A stretch of 63,515 nt of DNA, filler included, from Octopus bimaculoides (lineage: Eukaryota), in assembly GCF_001194135.2 (NCBI RefSeq). It is 6 parts of 5 records of this genome, joined end to end, with 100 filler letters (N's around TTAATTAATTAA, not from the genome) between each part and the next. Parts side by side here need not be neighbours in the genome. Positions count along the whole stretch, not along the records: positions 12,697 to 29,637 come from NC_069000.1; 5 more parts are not named here. One strand, written 5' to 3'. Both the position numbers and the translations under genes were made by a program. Below the pieces are notes generated by a model. The model was not told where the DNA came from. It saw only the letters and a list, made by a program, of their open reading frames with translations, and made no database searches. Below are positions 13,823 through 25,260 of the stretch, piece after piece. Each line of letters begins with the position of its first letter. Positions within the stretch are counted from its first letter, which is position 1.

Positions 13823-14215
13823 CGACAACACCAACAATAAAATTCTGAAGGTTGCACTTCTCAGTTAATGATCTCAGGGTGGCGGTGATGGTTGAGCGTA
13901 TTCGGGGTGTGCAATAAAGCGGGTAGGTGGAATAGGTGAGGTCGGGAGAGGTAGATACTATTTTGCGGTTATCATTGCAGTAACGGTAGCTGCTGCTGTT
14001 GTTGTTGTTGTTACTATTGCAGCAGGGGTTATAGTAGTATTGCAATAGCAATGTAGTAGCTGGTGTGGTTGTTATTGTTGCAGTCCAAATGGTTTAATTT
14101 ATTGAAGATGGCGAAATAAAAATATGATAAGGACTTCGGAGAGGGGGGGGGAGAAGGGATAGAATAAAAGAGAGAGGGAGAGAGAAAAGGGTGAGGAAGA
14201 CAGAGAGATGAAACA

Positions 14216-14254
<39 letters not shown>

Positions 14255-15049
14255 GCAGAAGAGTAAAAAAATTATGGGAGTCATGAAATTATTGTATTCA
14301 TTGAATAGAAAGATATTCTTGTAGTAAGAACGTGTGTGTGTGTGTGCGTGTATATACAGAGCTATAACTATAGGTACATGAGAGTATATTATACTAACGC
14401 ATTTGTGTTGCGAAAGTTCACACACACGTATACACATATACACACACATGTACCGCACAAGCACACATCCATAAATACATACAGAAATAGACATGCAGAC
14501 AGGGCGATAGAAGAGGAATCCACACACACACACACACACAGACACACACAAATATATATACACACACTCACACACATGTGCGTCAAATTAAAAACACCAT
14601 ACCAATAAAATATTGGACGCACCTTAAAGGACATTTTCCCCCACAATATTACACAGCCATAAGTGGAATGGACAAGTTTGCAGTTGGAATTTTCGTGGTG
14701 TGCTGTCTGTCCTTGTTTCTTTAGCCTTTTCGGGGGAGTTTCTGTTGTTGTTGATGTTGTTGTTGTTGTTGTCTGTTTTACATAAGCGGAGATTCCGTAA
14801 CAAAACCACTTTCTCACCGCGTACTGCCAACCTCATCCAATAAGACCTTGTACTTTCGCCTATCAAAAAAATGCATTCGTATACACACCGCCACTTAGAT
14901 GCCCATGCACACTCACACACATAAATAGAAGATTCATGTGAGGCGTATATGCATATATATATTTGTTATATAGACACACGCACACATTATCTATCTATCT
15001 ATCTATACATACATACATACATACATGTACATATGTATGTTTGCAGGTG

Positions 15050-15114
<65 letters not shown>

Positions 15115-15403
15115 NNNNNNNNNNNNNNNNNNNNNNNNNNNNNNNNNNNNNNNNNNNNNNNNNNNNNNNNNNNNNNNNNNNNNNNNNNNNNNNNNNNNNN
15201 NNNNNNNNNNNNNNNNNNNNNNNNNNNNNNNNNNNNNNNNNNNNNNNNNNNNNNNNNNNNNNNNNNNNNNNNNNNNNNNNNNNNNNNNNNNNNNNNNNNN
15301 NNNNNNNNNNNNNNNNNNNNNNNNNNNNNNNNNNNNNNNNNNNNNNNNNNNNNNNNNNNNNNNNNNNNNNNNNNNNNNNNNNNNNNNNNNNNNNNNNNNN
15401 NNN

Positions 15404-15456
<53 letters not shown>

Positions 15457-15679
15457 ATCTATGTATATATATATGTGTGTGTGTGTGTGTGTATATATAC
15501 GAAAAATAAACATGTAATATATCTTATACGTGTGTATAGAAAGAAAATACATCATACTTAAATAGATGCATTAAAAAGTATTTTAATAGTCATGTGTAAG
15601 GGGATATATATATATATATATATATATATTCATACATATTTATACATATATATATATACATGCATATATACATATAGAT

Positions 15680-15715
<36 letters not shown>

Positions 15716-15874
15716 GTACACAGATAAATTGATAGATAGAGACAAGCAGATTGATAGATGTCAATTTATTCAATTAAAAAAAAATTTTCTCTATTCTTCT
15801 ATATACATACATATGCATACATACATACATATATATACACATACATATATACATACATATATACATATATATAC

Positions 15875-15940
<66 letters not shown>

Positions 15941-16352
15941 TATATGTTTGTGTGTGTGTGTGTGTTTGTTACATTTTTGCTTCCCCCGTTTAATGTAAGG
16001 CAATACAGTAGGCCTGAAGCACCAGTGCTTCCCACTACTTTACATGCTTTTTCGTTTTTCTTCTTCTTCCCAAATATTTAATACGACATCTCCAGCAGGC
16101 AATACGCACATACATGTATATACGGCCGCTTGCACACACATGCAAACATGCTGAGCCATACACATGCGCACACATACACAAGCATGTAGTCAGACACACA
16201 CACACCAGAAGACAGTTAGGTGTGTGTGGAGGGAGGGGGGGAACAAATAGTGTTTGTGTTCCCATTTTAAAACAAGCCATTTTGCCAAGGGAACAACTGC
16301 TGGGCTGCTCTTACCCTCACCACCACCACTCGCATATATGTATATATATATG

Positions 16353-16393
<41 letters not shown>

Positions 16394-16938
16394 GCTCATA
16401 CACTTATGCACGCCTCTGTGCATACTGGCCTCGGCGTGTTTGTGTGTAGATATGCGCTGTATATCTCATATAAGTGTGATAATGTGAGCACACACGCACA
16501 TATATGTATATATATGTGCGTGTTTGTGTATATATATATATATAGTGAGTGTGTGTGTAAACTTTAATATATATATATTGCAAATTATAGTCATAAATAT
16601 GAATGGATTTCGGTTAAAAAGAAAGAGAGGCAAAATAATGCATTATTTGGGAGAAGAATAAAAAAGAAAACCATTGCGACCTTATAACAAACGATCCCTC
16701 GGGGACAGTTCCTTAATTGCTGACTGTTAACTGATTTATTATCGCAGCTTTATTTTATTTTCTTTTCCCCTCCCCCTCCTCTATAAACTTCTTTTATCCC
16801 CTTTTCACCTTAAAATTGTTTAAGGGACGACTTTGAATTTCAATGTACTTGAGTGCGACTTTTAGGTCCTCGTTTTTTTCTTTTTGTTTTATTTCATTTT
16901 TGTTGTCTTGGTTATTCAAAGCAACTTTACAATAACAG

Positions 16939-17083
16939 GAAGACTAATGACGACAACCGAGCAAAACGACTGGCTGCAAAGACGAAGGACGACGGTTTCA
17001 GCGTGGGGAAGTGTCCTGCCGAAAACCGTTCGGCGAGCACGGGTACCTTTGTCGGCGGCGGCGGCGACCGGGTGGATGACTAG
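16939..17083 (+). other. GC/CpG-rich unique segment; possible terminal exon (KTNDDNRAKRLAAKTKDDGFSVGKCPAENRSASTGTFVGGGGDRVDD*)
   Basis: Long T-rich tract and ...aataacAG acceptor-like site at 16937-16938, then an open frame to TAG at 17081-17083. No protein family recognised. Confidence 0.2.
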
Positions 17084-17930
17084 TAATGGTTGTTGGTTGT
17101 CGTTCTTTAGCCCAAGGTTAACCCAAGCAGGTTATAAGCGAAGGTCATTCCAGCGAAGACCATCCCGTGGGCCTAAGAATAACAACATTATCCAATGTGT
17201 CATTTCATTTTTAAAATAGGGATGTCATCTGAACTGTCCCATGCACTGCGCTCGAAAAGTAGAGGTCGTTGTCCAAAGAGAATAGATCTATGATTCAAAG
17301 ACGTTTCAGCCGTGATAATCCAGTTTTTTTGTGGGCAGGGGGGGTTATTATTGTTGTGGTGGTGGTATGCAGGACTACATAATACGTTATGTTCTCCTTT
17401 TATTACAACTGTGAGATGGGATTGAAGGGGGTTTTGGCTGCTATTTCTAGCCGATTAAACAAACACGTCGAGGCACCCTCGTTGTCTCGGTGGTGTTGGC
17501 AGCAGTAATAGCAGTGGTGGTGGTGTCATGAAAAGAGGAGTTAGGTCAGTATGTAGTAGGTAGATGGACGGAGAACTACAAGGAAGTTGGTGACACAGAG
17601 AGGGAGCAGCCCTGGTTGAGACACGCATGCATTGCTTCAGGCACACACACACACGTACACTGACCTCTCTTTATTTTCGTGTCCCATTCTCCACTCTCTC
17701 CCCCCCCTCTCTCTCTCAAATATATATTCTCCTTGCAGACAGCCAGATTGTCTTGTCTGGGCCCAGGTCAATTTTATTTCAATAAATCCTTTGATCAAAG
17801 CGCTCCAGTTCTGACCATCCTATTTTATTTTCAAATGTTAGTGTGGGGGTTGAGGGGAATTTGGCTGCTTTTCCTTGCAAATCCAGTCTCTAGGGACTTC
17901 TTCAATAACTTAAATTATTTCAGCCAACCG

Positions 17931-17974
<44 letters not shown>

Positions 17975-17984
17975 TGTGTAAGAA

Positions 17985-19040
17985 GTAAGATGGAGGGGCA
18001 CCTCAGCTAGATTCCTCACAGGTAAGAGACAGAGATTCAAATTCTGGGTGGGCAGGAGTAGGTGGTGAAGGCATATTGTTAGCGGAAAAGTGGGTAGATA
18101 AGGTAATTGAGGTAGTCAGAGTTTGTGATAAGGTAATTAAGATGAGACTTACCACAGGTAAATTAACATAGATAAATTATCACAGATAAATTAACAGTTA
18201 CACTTATCTCTGCTTATGCTCCCCAGTCTGGGCTAACTGATGAGCAGAGGGACCAGTTCTATGAGGTCCTTTTGCAGACCACCTCAATGACAAATGACAA
18301 AGACTTTGTTGTGGCTGGTGCCTTCAATGGACCTGTTGGACAGCACCCCCATAGATTCTAGGGGATGCTTGGAGGCTATGACCTTGGACCTAGTAATGAG
18401 GAGGGAACAATACTGTTTGAGTTTTGTGATGCAAATGATCTGGAACAGTAGCTTCAGAAAACCAGCCAGTTACCCAATCACTTATCAGTCTGGTGGGCAC
18501 ATAAGTCAGATTGGTCACCTCTTCACCAGGCAACGTGATAGATGGAGAGTTAAAAACGCAAAGTGTTCCCCAGGTGAAGAGTGTACAACCCAACATAGGT
18601 TACTAGTTAGTGACTTCAGAATTAGAGCTAGAAAAACTCAGAGAAATAAACCAATCTGGAAAAGAAGACTATGGCAGCTCAAAGACCCAGCAAACAAACA
18701 AAAATTTATTGATTTACTAATGGAAGCTTCTGACGAAAGAGAGGAAGAGTTGGGGACATATAGCTTAGAGGACAATTGGAAGTTCCTGCGGGACAATCTA
18801 CTGAGGGCCACAGATGAAATGTGTGGTTGGTGCAGAGTTCCAGCTAGACCAAGGGTGACATGGTGGTGGAAACAAGGAGGTAGACAGTGCTACAAAAGCA
18901 AAAAGACAGGCCTGGAAAGACTGGGGAAATGGTGGAAACAGAGAATTATATTGGGTAACCAAAGCGGTGGCTAGGCATTAGGTTTACATAGCAAAAGGAA
19001 TAGCAGAATGGAAGAGATTTGCAAATGTTCTACAGTGTGA
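17985..19040 (+). mobile_element. RTE-clade LINE fragment (APE endonuclease and linker), degenerate
   Basis: Translates across frameshifts to EVRWRG...GILLAEKWVDKVIEVVRVCDKVIKMRL...LISAYAPQSGL...VVAGAFNGPVG...EFCDANDL...QHRLLVSDFRI...TWWW. Confidence 0.9.
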
Positions 19041-19610
19041 GGCATGCACAGCTCCTCATGCACAGGTTGCATCTCAAACCAAGTCTTGTAAATGGGATCT
19101 AGTTGAGAGAAACTGAGTAGGAATGCATCAGATAAACTGTGACTGTCTCTGTCGTTGGGTGGCAGCCTTCATCCATCACCCAGGCATTTTTAGATGTCTT
19201 TTACAAAGTCCACCCTGAATGTAAACATAAAAACCCAGAATTCCAGTGTCAACATAACTACAACCCATCACTTACGTTTCCCTCTTCTTTTTCTTTCTCT
19301 GGTGACCCCATCCCACTCTCCTGAACTTACAGGCCTTGCAAAAAAAAAAAAGAAAGAAAATGGTAATGAATGCTACCCTTCCTTCACTAAGCCAATGAAA
19401 AAATGTCTGTTAGGAACAGCAGCCAACTTGTCCTCAAATCATACACTACCATGTTGGAAAAAAAAGTCAAATAGATTAATGTAATCCCAAAGAGTGCAAG
19501 ATAGATTATATCTAAATAAAATTTTAAAATGTGTGGTCACAGTTAGAATAGCATTGATCAAAGACCTGTTCAATCAGCTCTGACCTGGGGTTAAACAACA
19601 ACACCATTAA

Positions 19611-19825
19611 TCCTTTCTACTGGAAGCACAAGGCCTCAAATTTGGGGGAAAGGATTAAATTGATTACATCGACCCCAGTGTTTCACTGGTACTTAATTTA
19701 TCGATCCCAAAAAGATGAAAGGCAAAGTTGACCTCAGCAGAATTCGAACTCAGAACGTAGTGACAGGAGAAATACTGCTGAGCATTCCGTCCAGCATGCT
19801 AACCACTCTGCCAGCTCACTGCCTT
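19611..19825 (-). mobile_element. SINE family A with 15-bp TSD (1 mismatch)
   Basis: Family A sequence flanked by caaYaacaccattaa at 19596-19610 and 19827-19841. Confidence 0.85.
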
Positions 19826-19848
19826 CCAATAACACCATTAAAAATATT

Positions 19849-20081
19849 TATTTCTTTATTGCCCACAGAAGGCTAAACATAGAGGGCACAAACAAGGACA
19901 GACAAAGGGTTTCAGTCGATTACATTGATCCCAGTGTGTAACTGGTACTTATTTAATCAACCCCAAAAGGATGAAAAGCAAAGTCGTCTTTGGCAGAGTT
20001 TGAACTCAGAAGGTAATGCTAGACGAAATACCGCTAAGCATTTCACCCGGCGTGCTACCGATTCTGCCAGTTCGCCGTCCT
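19849..20081 (-). mobile_element. SINE family A (long-tail variant) with 17-bp TSD
   Basis: Flanked by perfect ACACCATTAAAAATATT at 19832-19848 and 20082-20098. Confidence 0.9.
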
Positions 20082-20780
20082 ACACCATTAAAAATATTAA
20101 AAACAAAAAATCCCTCAGAATGGATATAACCAAAACACAGCTAGAAATTTTTCTTAGCCTCAAGCAAAGAAAATGTCCAAAGCCAGGCACAAATATCACA
20201 AAATCTGTTCATGAAAACAATATCAGTTCAGCCAAGTCTAATTGTATATCCAATAAAAATGATTAAGATGAATGGAGAAGAAACATGTCAGTAAGTTATA
20301 GTGGTGGATAGCTCGAACTGGCAACTTCCATGTCAATGGATCAAATACACATGGTGGCAGGGGAACAAAAATAAAAAGTAGGACATAACTCAGACCCCAG
20401 CTTTCTTTTTACTTTTTGTTTTCACTGTTTTCACAGAGAAGCGGTATGTAGACAGGAGAATAAATATCCTTGTGAAGAATTCTCATTGCGATTGCAGACA
20501 AAGCTTAATGAATTGTGTTGCTGCTAGAGACCAGTGATCTGCCCAGTGAGACCAGCCAGCAAGCAAGGCAGCACAACGCGCTCTCACCACTGGCTCCACT
20601 CAATAATCCATAGTCCAGCAGGGATTAAGAAAGAAAAAAAAAAGGATTAAAGAAGGAAGTAGTCTGAAGGAAGAAGAGGGCATGAAAGTGAAGTAGTTTC
20701 AATTATCTATACACACACACACACACTCACATACATACACACACACACATACACACTCACACGCACACACACACACAACA

Positions 20781-21197
20781 TACTCTTTACTCTCTTTTAC
20801 TGTATGGTCAGTTATTTTACTGCGGCCATGCTGGAGCACCGCCTTTAGTCAAGCAAATTGACCCTAGGACTTATTCTTTGTAAGCCTAGTACTTATTCTA
20901 TCGGCCTCTTTCACTGAACTGCTAAGTTACAGGGACCTAAACACACCAACATAGGTTGTCAAACGATGTTGGGGGGACAAACACAGACACACAAACATAT
21001 ACATACATACATATACATATATATACACATATATGACAGGCTTCTTTCAGTTTCCATCTACCAAATCCACTCACAAGGCTTTGGTTGGCCCGAGGCCATA
21101 GTAGAAGACACTTGCCCAAGGTGCCACGCAGTGGGACTGAACCCGGAACCATGTGGTTGGTAAGCAAGCTACTTACCACACACCCACTCCTGTGCCT
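20781..21197 (-). mobile_element. SINE family B, full length (tRNA-like head, ccttgggcaagtgtcttctac core, internal TA/TG microsatellite, (AAAGAGT)-like tail)
   Basis: Reverse complement begins aggcacaggagtgggtgtgtggtaagtagcttgcttaccaaccacatggttccgggttcagtccc, matching 61577-61858. A second partial copy follows at 21215-21385. Confidence 0.9.
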
Positions 21198-21411
21198 ACG
21201 TATATATTCTTGAATTCTTTTACTTGTTTTAGTCATGCTGGAGTACTGAAGGGTTTTAATTGAACAAATCGACTGCAGGACTTATTTATTTAAGCCTAGT
21301 ACTTATTCTATCTGTCTCTTTTGCTGAACTGCTAAGTTGCGGAGATATAAACACACCAACCCCAGTTGTCAAGCTGACTCAAGGACACATATACACATAG
21401 ATCATCATCAT

Positions 21412-22097
21412 CATCATCATCATCATCGTTTAACATCCACTTTCCATGCTAGCATGGGTTGGACTATTTGATGGAGGACTGGCAAACCAGAAGGCTACAT
21501 CAGGCTCCAATCTGATCTGGATGCCCTTCCTAACGCCAACCACTCCGAGAGTGTAGTGGGTGCTTTTACATGCCACTGGCATGAAGGCCAGTCAGGCGGT
21601 ACTGGAAAAGCACCGTCCGAGCGTGATCATTGCCAGAGCAGCTGTCTGGCTTCCATGCCGGTGGCACATATATAGCACCAGCGTGATCGTTACCTACATT
21701 GCCTTCNNNNNNNNNNGTCTGGCTTCCATGCCGGTGGCACATATATAGCACCAGCGTGATCGTTACCTACATTGCCTTCCTGGCACGTGAAGGGACATTT
21801 GAGCGAGATCGTTGCCAATGCTGATGGACTGGCTCTTGTGCAGGTGGCACGTAAAATACACCATTTTGAGCATGGCCGTTGCCAGTACCGCCTGACTGGC
21901 CCTCGTGCCGGTGGCATGTAAAAGCACCCACTACACCCTCGGAGTGGTTGGCGTTAGGAAGGGCATCCAGCTGTAGAAACTCTGCCAAATCAGATTGGAA
22001 CCTGGTGTAGCCATCTGGCTCACCAGTCCTCAGTCAAATCGTCCAACCCATGCCAGCATGGAAAGCGGACGTTAAATGACGATGATGACGATGATGA
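21412..22097. mobile_element. Two family C SINE-like arms in head-to-head inverted orientation with internal ~60-bp subrepeats
   Basis: 21412-21605 is the reverse complement of ~21880-22097 (about 85% identity by eye, one ~19-nt indel). Both arms end in (ATG)n tails. Motif gccggtggcacgtaaaagcacc recurs internally. Confidence 0.85.
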
Positions 22098-22624
22098 TTT
22101 ATGTATACGCATTGACACACACTTTGGGTTTCTTTCAGATTCCATCTTCCACTTATGAAATCCACTAACAAGGCTTTGGTTGGCCCACAGCTCTAGTAGA
22201 ACACCCATTTCTATGGTGCAAGGCAATCGGATTGAGCTCAAAACGCAATGTAACCATCTCTCCATCAATCTTCTACCTGCCACACTCAGGTATTGTAAAC
22301 AATATCTATCTTCCTACACTTTACCTTGTATCCTTATTACTGTTCTTTTTCACCTCCTCCTCCTCCTCCTCCCTATTGACCCACTCCTACTTCCTTCTCT
22401 TCCTCCTCCCCACCAACTGACATTCACAGCATCCACCTCAACCCCCATCCCTAATCCCCTGTCAAACACTTTCCACATTCTTGAAACTTACCTACCAACC
22501 CATCCTTTCTCCCTCTCGCTCTCTCTCTTTCTCTCCCCAGATGAGGAAGCCAGGAATCCACCCCTTCAGTAAGACACCAGCTCCTCTTCCTCCATCACAA
22601 CTTCTAATACTGAACCCGATTCAG

Positions 22625-22830
22625 CTGAGGGTCTTTCTTTCATGCTGGTGCCACAAAAAGAGTGCCCAGCACATATTGCCCAGTGTGAAAAGCATCCAGT
22701 CGTAGAAGTCATGCCAAAGCAGCCAATGGAGTTTGACACAGCCCTTTGGCTGGTCAGTTCCCATCAGTTCCCATCAAACTGTCCAATCCATGGCAACATA
22801 AAGGATGCAACTTTAACTAATGATGATGAG
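22625..22830 (+). mobile_element. Old family C/D-related SINE 3' portion
   Basis: catgctggtgccacaaaaag...aagcatccagtcgtagaag...ccaatccatggcaac...taatgatgatgag. Relatives at 26995-27125 and 56600-56965. Confidence 0.65.
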
Positions 22831-23216
22831 GCTATCATTAGTGGAACCAGTAATTTCCAGGGAATTTCTTCATCCTGTTTCAATCCTTTCTTGCAGTCCC
22901 ATTATTTCATTTATGAAAGTAACAGCCATCTTGGGAATGGAATGAACATCACGAAAGCATTTGTTGCATCTCCAAATCATTTTTCTTTCTGTATTAGGCC
23001 TACCTGGATTACTTGAGCAAAAAACCACTTGCTTGTGGCAGAGGGACAGCCTAGATAACAATCTGTTAGAAGACAAATACTTTTGAAGCATGTTCTGGTA
23101 CATACAGGTATGTGCATATACACATCCATAAATAGATATACACATATAAAAAATACATACATACATAAACACATTGAGTAAATATATGTGTGTGTGTGTG
23201 TGTGTGCATATGTATA

Positions 23217-23283
<67 letters not shown>

Positions 23284-23569
23284 GCATACACACACATGCA
23301 TATGTGTGTATCCCATTCTACATACAGATGGTTGGCAAGACAGCTAAATAAACACATAGCGAGGGGGAGAAAGAGAAGGGGAGGGGAAGGAGGTGTAAAA
23401 AGAGGGTTGGTAAACAGACAGTTCTATAGACAGATATACAGAAAGAGAGAGAGAGAGAGAGAGAAAGAAGGAGGGAACTGACAGAGAGGAGGGGAAGGAC
23501 AGTAAATTTTTGAAATTAGGAAAATAGATAGATTGCTGTTGAATGCACACACACATCCTTTTCAGTATG

Positions 23570-23775
23570 GGTGCTAAAAGGTTTGAGATTTTGGTGGTGA
23601 TGGTGGTGGGTATAGTTGGTTATGTTGACCCCAGTGTTCAACTGCTACTCATTTGATCGACCCCAAAAGGATGAAAGGCAAAATCGATCTCAGCGGAATT
23701 TGAACTCAAATCATAAAGACAGAAGAAATGTCACAAAGCATTTTGTCCGGTATCCAAATGATTCTGTCAGCCTCA
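23570..23775 (-). mobile_element. SINE family A, degenerate
   Basis: Core gatcgaccccaaaaggatgaaaggcaaaatcgatctcagcggaatttgaactc. Confidence 0.8.
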
Positions 23776-23952
23776 GCGTCTCACATGCACGCACATATCG
23801 ACAGGAGGAGATCAGAGTAATAACTCTGATCTCTTCTTGAGATTTTACAATGAGCAAGTTTGCTTGTTGCAAATCAGTGACCGATGGTCCCATTGTTTAC
23901 AATATATTACTGGTTAGAGCAGACCCTGGCTATCGCTCTGGTGACCGGGTAC

Positions 23953-24001
23953 TTGTGACTGAGGATGAACCAACTAGCTCGAAACTGAGTCAGTTTCGAG
24001 A
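23953..24001 (+). ncRNA. Type I hammerhead-ribozyme-like motif, nearly intact
   Basis: CTGAGGA (23959-23965), extra T, stem II GAAC/GCTC (3 of 4 pairs), GAAA (23981-23984), stem III ACTG/CAGT with AGT loop, GUU cleavage triplet, imperfect stem I ttgtga/tcgaga. Confidence 0.5.
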
Positions 24002-24177
24002 TCCTGTTGTCTGCTAGAGAATGGTAGGGGTTTGGTGCCTCTGCTAGCAATATTTAATGTATATAAAGGGTGCAGCATCCCACCAATAACCAGCTGGTGG
24101 AAGATCTGCCTAGGGTTAAACTGATAGTAACATGGAACAACCACTTTGATGTGGTGATTGTCTTTACTTGTGTATAT

Positions 24178-24209
<32 letters not shown>

Positions 24210-25118
24210 CAGTGAGTGGACAAACAAAAGAAAGGGCACTCAGCACAACATTTATTGGGAGTTACATGTATAGATCAAAACAGTTTGATTTGGATGATAT
24301 ATATATATATATANNNNNNNNNNNNNNNNNNNNNNNNNNNNNNNNNNNNNNNNNNNNNNNNNNNNNNNNNNNNNNNNNNNNNNNNNNNNNNNNNNNNNNN
24401 NNNNNNNNNNNNNNNNNNNNNNNNNNNNNNNNNNNNNNNNNNNNNNNNNNNNNNNNNNNNNNNNNNNNNNNNNNNNNNNNNNNNNNNNNNNNNNNNNNNN
24501 NNNNNNNNNNNNNNNNNNNNNNNNNNNNNNNNNNNNNNNNNNNNNNNNNNNNNNNNNNNNNNNNNNNNNNNNNNNNNNNNNNNNNNNNNNNNNNNNNNNN
24601 NNNNNNNNNNNNNNNNNNNNNNNNNNNNNNNNNNNNNNNNNNNNNNNNNNNNNNNNNNNNNNNNNNNNNNNNNNNNNNNNNNNNNNNNNNNNNNNNNNNN
24701 NNNNNNNNNNNNNNNNNNNNNNNNNNNNNNNNNNNNNNNNNNNNNNNNNNNNNNNNNNNNNNNNNNNNNNNNNNNNNNNNNNNNNNNNNNNNNNNNNNNN
24801 NNNNNNNNNNNNNNNNNNNNNNNNNNNNNNNNNNNNNNNNNNNNNNNNNNNNNNNNNNNNNNNNNNNNNNNNNNNNNNNNNNNNNNNNNNNNNNNNNNNN
24901 NNNNNNNNNNNNNNNNNNNNNNNNNNNNNNNNNNNNNNNNNNNNNNNNNNNNNNNNNNNNNNNNNNNNNNNNNNNNNNNNNNNNNNNNNNNNNNNNNNNN
25001 NNNNNNNNNNNNNNNNNNNNNNNNNNNNNNNNNNNNNNNNNNNNNNNNNNNNNNNNNNNNNNNNNNNNNNNNNNNNNNNNNNNNNNNNNNNNNNNNNNNN
25101 NNNNNNNNNNNNNNNNNN

Positions 25119-25260
25119 GTAACGTAGAGGTTCGGTAAAAGGGACTGATAGAATAAATACTAGGTTTACAAAGAATAAGTCCTGGGGTAGATTTGTTCGA
25201 CTAAAGGCGGTACCCCAGCATGGCCGCAGTCAAATGACTGAAACAAGTAAAAAGATAAAA
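25119..25260 (+). mobile_element. SINE family B 3' half, emerging from an N gap
   Basis: gtaacgtagaggttcggtaaaagggactgatagaataaatactagg...ccagcatggccgcagtcaaatgactgaaac. Confidence 0.85.

Noticed and set aside
13697-13860. Minus-strand GAG|GTAGGA donor after a short open frame ([29 protein letters not shown])
   Set aside because: The frame includes a microsatellite and hits a stop with no convincing acceptor.
21644-21779. Perfect 63-bp direct repeat
   Set aside because: The copies flank a 10-N gap (21707-21716), which is typical of an unmerged contig overlap.
21620-21930. Regularly spaced ~22-nt repeats superficially like a CRISPR array
   Set aside because: Eukaryotic context; the repeats are degenerate internal SINE subrepeats with related spacers, and no cas genes are present.
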